Virus record (IMG/VR): IMGVR_UViG_3300020371_000002
Length of the DNA: 64,000 nucleotides
DNA from: a virus
Taxonomy: Duplodnaviria > Caudoviricetes
Direction: 5' to 3' (one strand)
The position numbers were made by a program, and so were the translations under genes. The notes under the pieces are model-generated. The model saw nothing but the letters and a program-made list of their open reading frames with translations. It did no database searches and was not told the origin of the DNA. Position 1 is the stretch's first letter. Every line of letters begins with the position of its first letter. Shown in pieces: positions 6,832 to 16,795 of the stretch.

Positions 6832-9800
6832 TCAGATGGAGAACAGTCTCCAACCGTATGTATCACCTTGGAAGGTGAGTTCGAATGACGCACCCTCTAC
6901 AGAAACTGTCAAGTCAGAGGAGTCACCCATGATTGTCTTGCCGTTACGGGCGACAACCAGGTTGTTTGTATCAAATGTCTTAGCGGCATCGAAGAATCGG
7001 ATCGTATCACCGATCGAAGGAGATGCAGGCAAGGTCATTTGAATCTGACCTGTAGTTGTGTTGACGAAGTACACATGACCCGCAAGTGCGTTACCAGAAG
7101 TAGACTGAGTAACGTACTGCAGTTTACCAGGCTGTGTCCATGCAGTTCCATCGTAGTATTCAAGAGCACCCAGAGTTGTGTTGAATCTGAATGCACCAAT
7201 TACGAAGGAAGGATCAACACCAGATGGTCTTTGTGCGGTAGTACCTACTGGAGGAACCATCGCGCCAACACCCATCTTACCGCGAGTAACAAATCCGCGA
7301 ACCGCGAATTCAGTTGGGCAAGCGGTGTTGGAATCACCAGACATGAATTCATCAGAGGAGAATTCGTTAATTGCCTCACCGACCTGACCACCGATAGCAC
7401 CCAGTCTCAGTTCTGTCAAACCAGACAGGTTGAACGCGGAGGCGTCCAGTGTTGCACGACCAGTCAACTGGTCAACGGAGAAGAACTGACCAACTCTGAA
7501 GTTACCACCTTGGTCGGTAGATACGAAGAATACCTTACCAGGACCAAATGTGTTGGTCTCATTACCCTGAATGATTTGAGTTTCGTCAACATCAGGATAG
7601 TTAGTTTCAGTCTTATTACCAGTACCAACACTCAAGAAGTCGTGACCTGTCAGGCGGACCTGAGAGAACCTAGTTCTAACACTGATGGTAGAACCTGCGC
7701 CCGTGATGTTACGGGTGTCAGGCGTACCCTGACCCTTCTCTGGAGAGATTGTCAGAGTAGCACGGTTATAGTAGGTGTGTGCAAGACCAACAGTGTCAGT
7801 GTAAGTTACCGCAGCAGCGACGTTAGTAACTGTGTTGACAATGTAGAACAGAGAGTCTCCACCGTAAGTAGTAGAGAATCCAATTGCGTCACCTACGAGA
7901 GGAACTTGATCGTATCCATCGATCTCAAGGATTGTACCCTTCTGACCAGAGATGGAAGATGTTGCAGCAGCAACAGTGAAGGAACCACCGTAAGACGCGC
8001 CCGAATCGAATTGGTATGCGTATACAAGTTCACCATCGATGAATGGAGATGTACCAATTGCAACGTTACCGTTAGAAGGAGCTGCAGTCTGACCGTATCC
8101 AGGATGATACTTGAAGTAGAACTTATCAGCAGACTTCTGATCATTGATCAACCATGCCTGAGCGCCAGAGGATTGACCCGAAAGGGTGTTACCAACTGCG
8201 ACAGTACCCGTAACAGTTGTTCCGAGAATGGTCATCAAGTCACCGAACAGTCTTGCTGTTCTTGCAGTTTCTTCAGAGGAGAAACCAGAAGAGATAACAC
8301 CGTAGTCACCGTAAGAGTTGTTACCACCAACAGCACGAATTCTCGCACCGCCACCAGAGTAGTAACCCCACTTAGCGTAGTAGGAGAAGCAGGAGACGAT
8401 CTCAGCGATTGCACTCTTATCAAGGAGGAATCCAGCACCATCAGAGTTAACCTGCGTGAAGGCGTCGAAGACCATCGATTTTGCACCTTCGCTGTGGACA
8501 CCACCGTCAATGAAGACTCCAACACCACCACCACCGAAGCGGCCGTAATCAGTTGCAGGATCAGAGAAGGTTGTGCAGTCCTTAACGTAAGGAGACTTGT
8601 TGTTGATTGGGGAGTTGGGGTTCAGTGCGAAGAACACACCAGCTGCAGTTGTACCAATACCAGTTCTGAGGTTGGTATTGTCCATCTCCAGAGGAGCATT
8701 AGGATCGTAATGGAAACCTTCCATTCCCTTGAATGCCAGTGCCTGAACGGTAGTACCATCAGACAACTTGAACATTGTCGATCTGTTGTTTGGAGTGGTT
8801 CCGTCGTCGGAGTAACCAGCCGCTGGCAGAACCTGAGTACCTCTCAGTGTGTGTCCAACAATCGAAGTGAATGGTGGAACAACAATTGGGAGTTGCTCAT
8901 AGAACTGAGAAGCAGAGAGTCTCAGGATAGCAGGTGTCAGGTCAGTTAACAGACCACCCTGGACATAAGTGTGGTTGATTGTCGAAACACCAACGTTAGT
9001 TCTGAAAGTATCAGCATCAGGAACTTCAAGAACTTCGAAGTAGGACTTAGAAGCCTTATCAGGATAAACGGTAGTTGTAAGACCAACGAATGCAGTACCA
9101 GACTGGACGTAGAGGTAATCAGTTGCAGATTGACCAACGTTCAGAATGACGGAGTTAGCATCGGGGATACCCTGTACAGGGAACTGATACTGACCAGGAG
9201 TGTGGACAGATGGGAAGTTACCTGTGATAGTTGTGTTGCTGGATGCAACGCCGATGTTAACGGTAATAGTTGTTGTAGTCGTTGCAATGATGTTGATCGC
9301 AGTATCATAGTAAGGATCACTGTTACGAGGATATGTGTGGTCGGTGATATAACCGTCCATTGCACAACGGAAGGTCAAACTATCGTTACCGAGTTTGATC
9401 GCTGTGTTTTGTGCGAGTTGGTGAGCACCGATATCCATGACCAGTTCACCAGTAAGGTGATCATAGGTTGCAGCATTTACATCATACTCAACGAGTGGTG
9501 ATGCACCAACGTTAACAGTAAATGTATTCTGAGAGATGGACGAAATGGTAAGAGTTGCACCATTAGCAGGGTCAGTCGCACGAGGATACGTCTTGTTCGC
9601 TGTGTTGTTGTCCATCGAACAGGTGAACGTCATGGAATCTTGATCCAGAGTGATTGTATCACTGATGGACAGTCCATGGTTACCTACGGTGAAGATGATA
9701 TCACCAGATCCAGGAGTGTATTGTGCGTTTGTTGGAGTCAGTTCAGTACCAGCAAGCGAACCGCTAGTTACGTTAATTGCGCCAGTGTCAGCAGCGATGA

Positions 9801-11259
9801 AGGTGTGAGTGTAGTTACCACCTGTCTTAACTGCACCAGATGTTGCAGACTGGAATTGGTGAGCGAATCTTGCATCTCCAGTGTATTGAACTTGAAGATT
9901 TCTAATTCTAACGGTAGCACCGATTCCAACTTCAGGAGCAACACCAAGTCCAATAGCAGTAATTGTTGCAAGACCAACAGTCTTGTTGTACTGCATACCC
10001 AGTACGTTGAAGACATTACCACCAGAGAGACATTCAAACTCAACGCCTTCTAACTGAACAAACGTACCAGTGTTTCTCAGACCATGACCAGGAGCAGTAA
10101 CGGTAGCAACACCAGTTGCAGCAGTGTAGTCGAATCCAGTAATTACAGTTTGTGGACGTGCAGCCTCACAAGCCCTCTTAATTGTTGCGAACGCCAGGTT
10201 AGGTGCAAGACCGTTGTTGCTGTTATGTCCAGACTCAGAGTCAACATAGTAGACTCGGGTTTGAGCACCAACAATCTCGTATCCAGGCATTCCGTTGTCC
10301 TGAACAGCAAGAGCATATCCAGTAGAACCAATACCAATTCTGAAAGGACCAGAGTTATAGGTAAGGATATCACCCTTACTTACCAGAACAGCAGAGCTGT
10401 CTCCAGCAGCAAGAGTTTCCCAATAAGTACCGAGACCTGCAGTAGGAATAACGCCTCTATGGGAGTTACCAACAGAAACATAGGAGTTGGAACCATATCT
10501 TACGACATGACCAGGGTGGTATGCATAAGTTGTAGAGAAGTTACCAACAAAGTTGAAACCTTTAACCAGGAGATCCCAAACAGAGTTACCAATACCAACG
10601 CCCTGCGTATTACCTGCAGAAAGTGGAGCAACGTTAGTAGTGATACCCAACTTGTGACGGAAGATATCTCCACCGTACTGTACAAGTTGACCTCTATAAT
10701 ATGTCGATTCGGAGTAAGTTTGTGCAGCTCCTGCAATACCATCTGCAAGGATCTGCCACTTCTTACCAGCAATATCTGTACCGATAGCAACGTTCTCTGG
10801 AGGAGAGAATCCTGCAAGAGAAGTCGTCAGTGCAACGTAAGAAGAACCGTTAAAGTTAACAACGTCTCCTGATTGATACTCGGAGTTTTGTAACCATTCT
10901 CCTTCTGCCTTAAAGCCTGCGACGTATTCTGTGACCTTTGTCAGGTCAATAAACGTTCCTGCGGAAGTGTGTGCCGTAGTAACTCTATACTGGACGTTAC
11001 CGAATTTAACAACGTCATTAACTTTGTAGTAAACGCCCGCTGCCCAATCGCCTTTCGAAGAAATACCTTCGATGTGAACACTCCACTTTGAGAGATCCGT
11101 AGCGTAGAAGTCTGCGGTACTCGCGGTAGAAGTGTGGTTGGCGATAGCAACATAAGAGTTACCACCAAACTTGATGAGGTCATCAATCAGGTAGGATTTG
11201 GATGGCTGCCATTCGCCAGTCCAGTTGAATTTTACTCTTCCAAGTCTAAACTCAGCCAT
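6832..11259 (-). CDS. Tail fibre / tailspike-like protein, 1475 aa
   Basis: N-terminal W-x-x-x-x-x-Y-x-x-x-D-x-V-x-x-x-G-x-x-Y repeats (CBM5/12-like); VYYVDSESG...AFATIKRA followed by a beta-helix-like region; His/Cys repeat modules; C-terminal TLPASPSIGD...RNG..I.G domain typical of T4-like fibres. Confidence 0.8.
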   Translation of the reverse strand: MAEFRLGRVKFNWTGEWQPSKSYLIDDLIKFGGNSYVAIANHTSTASTADFYATDLSKWSVHIEGISSKGDWAAGVYYKVNDVVKFGNVQYRVTTAHTSAGTFIDLTKVTEYVAGFKAEGEWLQNSEYQSGDVVNFNGSSYVALTTSLAGFSPPENVAIGTDIAGKKWQILADGIAGAAQTYSESTYYRGQLVQYGGDIFRHKLGITTNVAPLSAGNTQGVGIGNSVWDLLVKGFNFVGNFSTTYAYHPGHVVRYGSNSYVSVGNSHRGVIPTAGLGTYWETLAAGDSSAVLVSKGDILTYNSGPFRIGIGSTGYALAVQDNGMPGYEIVGAQTRVYYVDSESGHNSNNGLAPNLAFATIKRACEAARPQTVITGFDYTAATGVATVTAPGHGLRNTGTFVQLEGVEFECLSGGNVFNVLGMQYNKTVGLATITAIGLGVAPEVGIGATVRIRNLQVQYTGDARFAHQFQSATSGAVKTGGNYTHTFIAADTGAINVTSGSLAGTELTPTNAQYTPGSGDIIFTVGNHGLSISDTITLDQDSMTFTCSMDNNTANKTYPRATDPANGATLTISSISQNTFTVNVGASPLVEYDVNAATYDHLTGELVMDIGAHQLAQNTAIKLGNDSLTFRCAMDGYITDHTYPRNSDPYYDTAINIIATTTTTITVNIGVASSNTTITGNFPSVHTPGQYQFPVQGIPDANSVILNVGQSATDYLYVQSGTAFVGLTTTVYPDKASKSYFEVLEVPDADTFRTNVGVSTINHTYVQGGLLTDLTPAILRLSASQFYEQLPIVVPPFTSIVGHTLRGTQVLPAAGYSDDGTTPNNRSTMFKLSDGTTVQALAFKGMEGFHYDPNAPLEMDNTNLRTGIGTTAAGVFFALNPNSPINNKSPYVKDCTTFSDPATDYGRFGGGGVGVFIDGGVHSEGAKSMVFDAFTQVNSDGAGFLLDKSAIAEIVSCFSYYAKWGYYSGGGARIRAVGGNNSYGDYGVISSGFSSEETARTARLFGDLMTILGTTVTGTVAVGNTLSGQSSGAQAWLINDQKSADKFYFKYHPGYGQTAAPSNGNVAIGTSPFIDGELVYAYQFDSGASYGGSFTVAAATSSISGQKGTILEIDGYDQVPLVGDAIGFSTTYGGDSLFYIVNTVTNVAAAVTYTDTVGLAHTYYNRATLTISPEKGQGTPDTRNITGAGSTISVRTRFSQVRLTGHDFLSVGTGNKTETNYPDVDETQIIQGNETNTFGPGKVFFVSTDQGGNFRVGQFFSVDQLTGRATLDASAFNLSGLTELRLGAIGGQVGEAINEFSSDEFMSGDSNTACPTEFAVRGFVTRGKMGVGAMVPPVGTTAQRPSGVDPSFVIGAFRFNTTLGALEYYDGTAWTQPGKLQYVTQSTSGNALAGHVYFVNTTTGQIQMTLPASPSIGDTIRFFDAAKTFDTNNLVVARNGKTIMGDSSDLTVSVEGASFELTFQGDTYGWRLFSI

Positions 11260-11277
11260 TGTCTCTCCTGGTAATTA

Positions 11278-11682
11278 TTATTTGGGTCCGATAGAGTTGT
11301 AATCATAATCTGGTCCGTTGAACCTAATAACGAAAAAACCGTCATCATCTATGTAATAATATAAGTTTCTTCGATCGAAACGGATCTGTTGGTATTTATC
11401 ATTCGGATCATCTAACGCTTTTTTCTCAGTAGCGATATCGTTACGGATGACTGAGGTCTTACCAACTCCGACATCATACGTTCCGTAATCAATACCATCA
11501 CCAAATTCAGGAACACCAGTTCCGTCATTACGGTAGAATTCACCTAGTTCTGTAGAAGCAGCACTAACCTTTGAGAAATACAGCATATTTTCTGCATCTC
11601 TTCTCAGAGCATAAACGAAAAAACCAGAGGATTCTGATGGTAAAAACTCACCAGAAATTGAATTAGATAGGGTTAATGCCAT
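11278..11682 (-). CDS. Hypothetical protein in the fibre module
   Basis: Clean 134-aa ORF tightly packed between fibre-related genes. Confidence 0.65.
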   Translation of the reverse strand: MALTLSNSISGEFLPSESSGFFVYALRRDAENMLYFSKVSAASTELGEFYRNDGTGVPEFGDGIDYGTYDVGVGKTSVIRNDIATEKKALDDPNDKYQQIRFDRRNLYYYIDDDGFFVIRFNGPDYDYNSIGPK

Positions 11683-11684
11683 GT

Positions 11685-12143
11685 TTAACTTCCTCTATTG
11701 TTGAAGATTTTCCAAAGTGATCCAGTCCAAATCAAACTTACAGATGCACCAGAAACATCCAAAATCAATGGAGACGTTTCTCTCACTAGATGACCATTCT
11801 CAAATTGGTGAATCGAGGTCAACGATACTGGATTAATACTCCAAAAGTTAGTGAAATCTTCTACCCATACCCAGTCACCAACCGCACGAGGGGTTGGCAT
11901 CGCTAAAGAATATCCACCAGGAGCATCTTTTGAATCAACCGTATACTTTTGGTTAGTCGTCATAGAATAAGGACCATTGACGAACGTCCATCTGGACTTC
12001 GCCAATTCAAAACCACCTGGAGTTACACCGTCGTGAACAACAGCAACGTTTTTGTCTGTGTCAACAGTTACTTCTGCAAGGGCACCAGTGAAGTTAAAGT
12101 GTTCAGCCGTGGTGCCTTTTCTTAGTTGTACCTGCTTTGTCAT
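11685..12143 (-). CDS. Small fibre adaptor-like protein (Mtd-N/hyaluronidase-N-like N-terminus)
   Basis: VQLRKGTTAEHFNFTGALAEVTVDTDKNVAVVHDGVTPGG is a common fibre N-terminal motif. The C-terminal half resembles the C-terminal domain of the 1475-aa fibre. Confidence 0.65.
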   Translation of the reverse strand: MTKQVQLRKGTTAEHFNFTGALAEVTVDTDKNVAVVHDGVTPGGFELAKSRWTFVNGPYSMTTNQKYTVDSKDAPGGYSLAMPTPRAVGDWVWVEDFTNFWSINPVSLTSIHQFENGHLVRETSPLILDVSGASVSLIWTGSLWKIFNNRGS

Positions 12144-12179
12144 GATTCAAATCTCATGAAACGGACTTTGCTTCTGTTT

Positions 12180-12187
12180 TATTTATA
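12180..12187 (-). promoter_or_regulatory. T4 late promoter TATAAATA
   Basis: Exact consensus upstream of 11685..12143. Confidence 0.75.
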
Positions 12188-12205
12188 CTTTTAAAAATAA
12201 TTGAA

Positions 12206-15200
12206 TTAAATGATAACAACGAATGTGCGACCTTCTTCAAATTGTACACGTTCGATGATTGTTGGTGTGAACGTCTCGATTGTGATATTTCCGATACCGA
12301 CGTAGGTAGATCTTGCATATGCCTCGTCTCCCGATCCGATACCGAAGAGGGATCCAGTCGCCTGTACTGGTGGGAAAAGACGGCGAATTCCGAGACCGCC
12401 AGTGATCTTGAATAGACCAGAACCATCTGGAGATGGAGTGTAATCGACAAATGGATGAACAAGAGTCGTGGAAGAAAGCTGAAGTTTTCCTGAAGTTCCA
12501 GGATCCTTGTCGTCTCCGTAATATCCGAATACTTGGATTTTTCTGGTATCGCCAATACCAGAAATTGTTGCCTGACCAGATGTACCAGGATCCTTGTCGT
12601 CTCCATAGTAACCATATACAGAGTTGAGAGCAGTTTCTCCGTCCCCAACAATCCTGAAGAGTTGTGTCTGTTCGCCAGCGCCCGAGGTAAACGATACGTC
12701 TGCAGAACCAGATAGTGTTGCAGTACCACCAATGATAATTGCGGTGATTCTGTAAACAGCAGTAGATTCTCCAGTGAAGTTGAATAGACCTGTACCTTCG
12801 ACTGCTGGAGTAAAGTCGATGTTTGGATGGGTAAGTTCCCCAACAATCGAAATTGTTCCAGATGTGCCTGGATCTCTGTCGTCTCCGTAGTATCCAAAGA
12901 CCTGAATTGGTCTGTTTGCAGATTCGCCACCAATGCTGACAAGAACTGTGAAAGTGGAGACAACAGGTGTGATGGATTCTGCACCACTCGCGAAGGCGAA
13001 GAGAGAACCAGATGCAACATGAGCTCTTGTTCTGGTTGTATGTGCCTCTCCAGATGCGTAAACAGTACCAAAGTATTCGTTGGTAATAAGGAGAGTTTCC
13101 TGAGCATCTCCAGAAAGTGTGAGGGTAACAACATTCTCTGGAGTTTGTGCGGAGTATGCCTCTGCAGCACCATAAGGACCAGATACGAACAGTGTACCTG
13201 CTCCAACTGGACGAACCAGAGTGCTTTCTGCAGCTCCACCGATTGTGTAGAGAGAACCAGAACCATCGTAAGCATTGGTTTTTCTGAAATCGAGAGTTCC
13301 AGAGAATGTACCAATACCAGCCTGAACTGCAGCTCTGGTAACTTCGCGGTAGAGAGTTTGATCGGTCTCTGTAGAGATCGTGATCGTACCAGATGTGCCT
13401 GGATCTCTGTCGTCTCCATAGTATCCAAAGACACTGATTGGTCTGTTTGGTGCAGTTCCAGTAAAGTCGAAGAGTCCAGGGCCCGCTTCGATAGTTGCAG
13501 GAATGAAGCGTTCCTTCGCACCAAACTCGACACCATTGAGGTCACCAATTCCAGTGTCATCATCGATAACACCATTGGCCTCAGTACCAATACCAAGAAT
13601 GTAGATTGTACCATCGGTAAGGATAGGAGCGTTGGTACGACCGATTGCCTTACCTTCGATGAAGATAGTACCAGATGCAGGATAATCAGGAATGAATCTG
13701 GTAGTGACGATACCTGGGCCTGTACCATCTTCGTTGAGTCCACCACCACTGGATAATGTAAATCCAGTCTCGATACCGATGTTTCTGTCGATACCGTAGT
13801 GTGGAGTGTAATCGATATCTGGGTGAACCAGTTCTCCAGACAGTCTGAGGACTGCTTTGTCTGCAACCTCTGAGTATGCTGCACTGAAGTTGGAGTAAGA
13901 TCCGTATGGTGTAAAGAGAGAAGTGCCTTCTGGAGGATTCGAGATGAGTTTCTCGGTGGCAATACCAACCAGACTGATAGTGCCAGATCCAACTTCTTCG
14001 AATCTGACTCTTTCGACCAGTTCTCCAGTGATGGTAGCAAGAGTACCGATACCAACATCGACTTTGGTAAGACTCTCCGTTCCAGCACCACTTGTGAGAA
14101 TAGTAACTGTTCTTTCTGGAGACTGCCAAACAACCGCCTCGTCGCCAGATCCAGAAAGTGGCAGAAGAGGAACATCCGCACGTTCGAATACTGTGATAGA
14201 TTCGGTGGCACTGGAGATATCGAAGAGAACCGTACCCGAACCTGGGAACGATGGAATCCACATCGTCTTGGCACGAGGCACTGCATCGATGATTCTTGCA
14301 GGTGGCTCGAATGGAATCTTCGGTGGATCTTGAGTATCTTCGTTGATCCAACCATAATCGAAGTATCCAGCATCGATACCTCTTTGATCGATGAATCCTG
14401 TATTGTATGGATACAGTTCCTGATCGTAAGATGGACCACCAACGGTGTTTGCGTTCTCTTCGATCTCACCCCAATCTTCACTAACAACAGTGCTACTGAA
14501 GTTAACGTTGTACTGATTGGTTTTATCAAATGTTGGTAGGACTCCAGCACCACCAACTGCCTCATCATATGTTCTACCAATTTGATCACTATTATCAAAG
14601 GTAAGTGTTCCTTCAGAGTAATCTTCAACGCTGGAACTTTGAATACCTTTGTATTGAAGATCGAATCCGAAACTTGGATCTGTACCAAAGATCTGTCCGA
14701 AGTTTTCGTTTTCTTGACCGTACTTGATCGAAGATCTGTTGTAGTGTTCGGTATTCTTCTCGATACTGGAACCAGTAATTCCGAAGAGACCGAAGGTAGT
14801 ACCAACATCAATAATTCTGAGGTAGGTCTGACCTTCTTCTCTACCCTGACTGATAGTGATCGTACCAGATCCCTTAGGTGCAGGAACAGGATTGGCCTTA
14901 GCAGAACCACTGATGAATTTCGTACCTGCAGCAGGAGGATTGACAGCAGTAGTTTCACTGATACCACCAATTGTGAAGAGACTACCAGATCCAATTTCTC
15001 CTGCAGGTGTGATAGATTCTGCACCAGATCCTTGAATAGTGAAGGATCCTTCAAGACCGAATACTGTATGTTGTGGTGCCTGACTGAACCAGTTGTAACC
15101 AAAGATATTGATGCCAGCCTTGTAAGTGGCAATACCAGTAATACCAGAAGATTCGTAGTCGTATGCTCTTGGAGCATCTGCAAAGTCGGAGAGGAAGTAT

Positions 15201-16795
15201 GTTCCAATACCGAGATAAGAAGATCTGGAGTATGCTTCCGTGGATTCCCCAAGAATCTCGACGGCCTTGAATCCAGGAATAATGTACTTGTAATCCTCTG
15301 CCCTGAAGGCAACCAGACGTACAAATCCATAGTCGATATCTTCTGGAATTGGAGTCTGAGTGATCGAACCGTAATCAACAGGAGTAACAATTCCATCTCT
15401 TTGAAGAGGCGATCTCCAATGAGGAGTGAAGTCCTCAATGATCGTACCACTAACAACGAAGAGTTCTGCACCATCGTAATCGGATACGAATGCGACATCG
15501 GATGCAGCACCACTGAGGGTATATGTTGGACCCGTTGTTGGTGGGAAGTGAGTAAGTTTGAGTCCTTCTGCAAATCCTGTGAAGAACAGTTCTGCACGAC
15601 TGATTCTTTCGCGAGCGATAGATTCTGTAGCCGCACTTCCCTTGACAATGAGACCTGTACCTTCGATACCCTTCGGTGTGAAGGATTCTTCTGCAGATCC
15701 ATTGAAGGTAAATTGACCTTCTTCTCCAAATACTGTGTGTTGTGGTGCCTGACCAAGACCAAGTTGACCTTGTGCAGTGATCGTACCAGATCCTTCCCAT
15801 GCAAAGGTGTTTCTCTCGGAGAGTCCCGACTGTTTGACCAGTTGAGCAGTTTCTCCAACATAATCTCTGATAAATTTGTCGTATGCCTTGTTCTGTGCAT
15901 TAACAGAAGTTGCCTTGGTGGACAACTTACCGTAACGAACATCAGCAACGATCTGACCCCAATCTTCATAAGATGCTGGAGTCTGAGAAATCTCACCAAA
16001 TGCTTCTGCTGTTACCTGATCGGCATCAGCAAACGAATTTACATTCGTATCTGTAGAGTCAAAGGTGACGCCATCTGCATCAGAGAAGCCTGCACCTTGT
16101 CGTACAGCAACTGTACCGAAGTCAAATTCTTCGAAACCGCCAGTGTAGAAGGAGTAGTCATACGTTCTACTCTCATCCAGTGTACCGTTAAGGGTTTCCT
16201 CATTAGGACGAACTTCAATGTATTCGTCAGGATACTCCTGTGAGGTTCCCCCTGAAACGGTGAGTGTAATTCTTGATTCGAACGGATATATGTTGAATTC
16301 CGCCGTTGCCGCCTCTTCCGAGACAGTGAGCGTTCCAGATCCGACTTCTGTAAATGTATTGCTTGTAACCGCCTCTCCAGAGAGGGTTGGAGATGGTCCT
16401 GCGGCACCCAAGTCTGGGATAACCAGTCTTTCCAGACCGCCACCAATCTCGAAGAGGGTGCCAGACCCCTGCCAAGGCGCCTGAGTGCGTGATACCTTTC
16501 CTGCACCCTGTATGACGTATGTATCCACTGGGACTGCAGGTACAAACGTTGCGGCTTCTTCTCCTCCGCTCTGAATGTCCGCGATAGAACCAAATGGATA
16601 TACTACACCAGTATAAACAATTAATCCATAATCATTGGGATTAAAACCTAATGCGTCTTCCTCTTCGATAGCCGCATCTGAAATATTGCCAAAGTCCTCC
16701 AAGTTCCCCGCCGACCCCGTAATCTCTCCGTAGGTATCGGTGAAGAAGTAGTTTATTCTTGCCGAGTCGTAGGTAAAAACCTTTGGGGCAGACAT
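12206..16795 (-). CDS. Large acidic Gly/Thr/Ser-rich structural protein with internal repeats, 1529 aa
   Basis: Long ORF in the late module; repeated GSG-x-L-F units, four FGYYGDD(R/K)DPGTSG copies, three HP-x-x-D-(Y/F)-TP copies and two QAPQHTVFG copies. Confidence 0.75.
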   Translation of the reverse strand: MSAPKVFTYDSARINYFFTDTYGEITGSAGNLEDFGNISDAAIEEEDALGFNPNDYGLIVYTGVVYPFGSIADIQSGGEEAATFVPAVPVDTYVIQGAGKVSRTQAPWQGSGTLFEIGGGLERLVIPDLGAAGPSPTLSGEAVTSNTFTEVGSGTLTVSEEAATAEFNIYPFESRITLTVSGGTSQEYPDEYIEVRPNEETLNGTLDESRTYDYSFYTGGFEEFDFGTVAVRQGAGFSDADGVTFDSTDTNVNSFADADQVTAEAFGEISQTPASYEDWGQIVADVRYGKLSTKATSVNAQNKAYDKFIRDYVGETAQLVKQSGLSERNTFAWEGSGTITAQGQLGLGQAPQHTVFGEEGQFTFNGSAEESFTPKGIEGTGLIVKGSAATESIARERISRAELFFTGFAEGLKLTHFPPTTGPTYTLSGAASDVAFVSDYDGAELFVVSGTIIEDFTPHWRSPLQRDGIVTPVDYGSITQTPIPEDIDYGFVRLVAFRAEDYKYIIPGFKAVEILGESTEAYSRSSYLGIGTYFLSDFADAPRAYDYESSGITGIATYKAGINIFGYNWFSQAPQHTVFGLEGSFTIQGSGAESITPAGEIGSGSLFTIGGISETTAVNPPAAGTKFISGSAKANPVPAPKGSGTITISQGREEGQTYLRIIDVGTTFGLFGITGSSIEKNTEHYNRSSIKYGQENENFGQIFGTDPSFGFDLQYKGIQSSSVEDYSEGTLTFDNSDQIGRTYDEAVGGAGVLPTFDKTNQYNVNFSSTVVSEDWGEIEENANTVGGPSYDQELYPYNTGFIDQRGIDAGYFDYGWINEDTQDPPKIPFEPPARIIDAVPRAKTMWIPSFPGSGTVLFDISSATESITVFERADVPLLPLSGSGDEAVVWQSPERTVTILTSGAGTESLTKVDVGIGTLATITGELVERVRFEEVGSGTISLVGIATEKLISNPPEGTSLFTPYGSYSNFSAAYSEVADKAVLRLSGELVHPDIDYTPHYGIDRNIGIETGFTLSSGGGLNEDGTGPGIVTTRFIPDYPASGTIFIEGKAIGRTNAPILTDGTIYILGIGTEANGVIDDDTGIGDLNGVEFGAKERFIPATIEAGPGLFDFTGTAPNRPISVFGYYGDDRDPGTSGTITISTETDQTLYREVTRAAVQAGIGTFSGTLDFRKTNAYDGSGSLYTIGGAAESTLVRPVGAGTLFVSGPYGAAEAYSAQTPENVVTLTLSGDAQETLLITNEYFGTVYASGEAHTTRTRAHVASGSLFAFASGAESITPVVSTFTVLVSIGGESANRPIQVFGYYGDDRDPGTSGTISIVGELTHPNIDFTPAVEGTGLFNFTGESTAVYRITAIIIGGTATLSGSADVSFTSGAGEQTQLFRIVGDGETALNSVYGYYGDDKDPGTSGQATISGIGDTRKIQVFGYYGDDKDPGTSGKLQLSSTTLVHPFVDYTPSPDGSGLFKITGGLGIRRLFPPVQATGSLFGIGSGDEAYARSTYVGIGNITIETFTPTIIERVQFEEGRTFVVII
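12493..13445 (-). repeat. Four coding repeats encoding (V)FGYYGDD(R/K)DPGTSG
   Basis: 12858-12900 and 13389-13431 are 43 bp with one synonymous mismatch; two further copies lie at about 12495-12540 and 12580-12620. Confidence 0.85.

Noticed and set aside
7039-8949. 636-aa plus-strand ORF antisense to the fibre gene (also 8971-9501 and 10084-10872)
   Set aside because: It is the antisense shadow of a strongly codon-biased gene, has a Ser/Thr/Cys/Arg-rich non-protein-like composition, and has no promoter or RBS support.
12858-13431. Near-identical 43-bp pair as a DGR template/variable repeat
   Set aside because: The only difference is a synonymous Tyr TAC/TAT change, both copies are coding, and no reverse transcriptase is present in the window.
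12827-16243. 309-aa and 553-aa plus-strand ORFs antisense to the 1529-aa gene
   Set aside because: Same antisense codon-bias artefact; no recognisable motifs.
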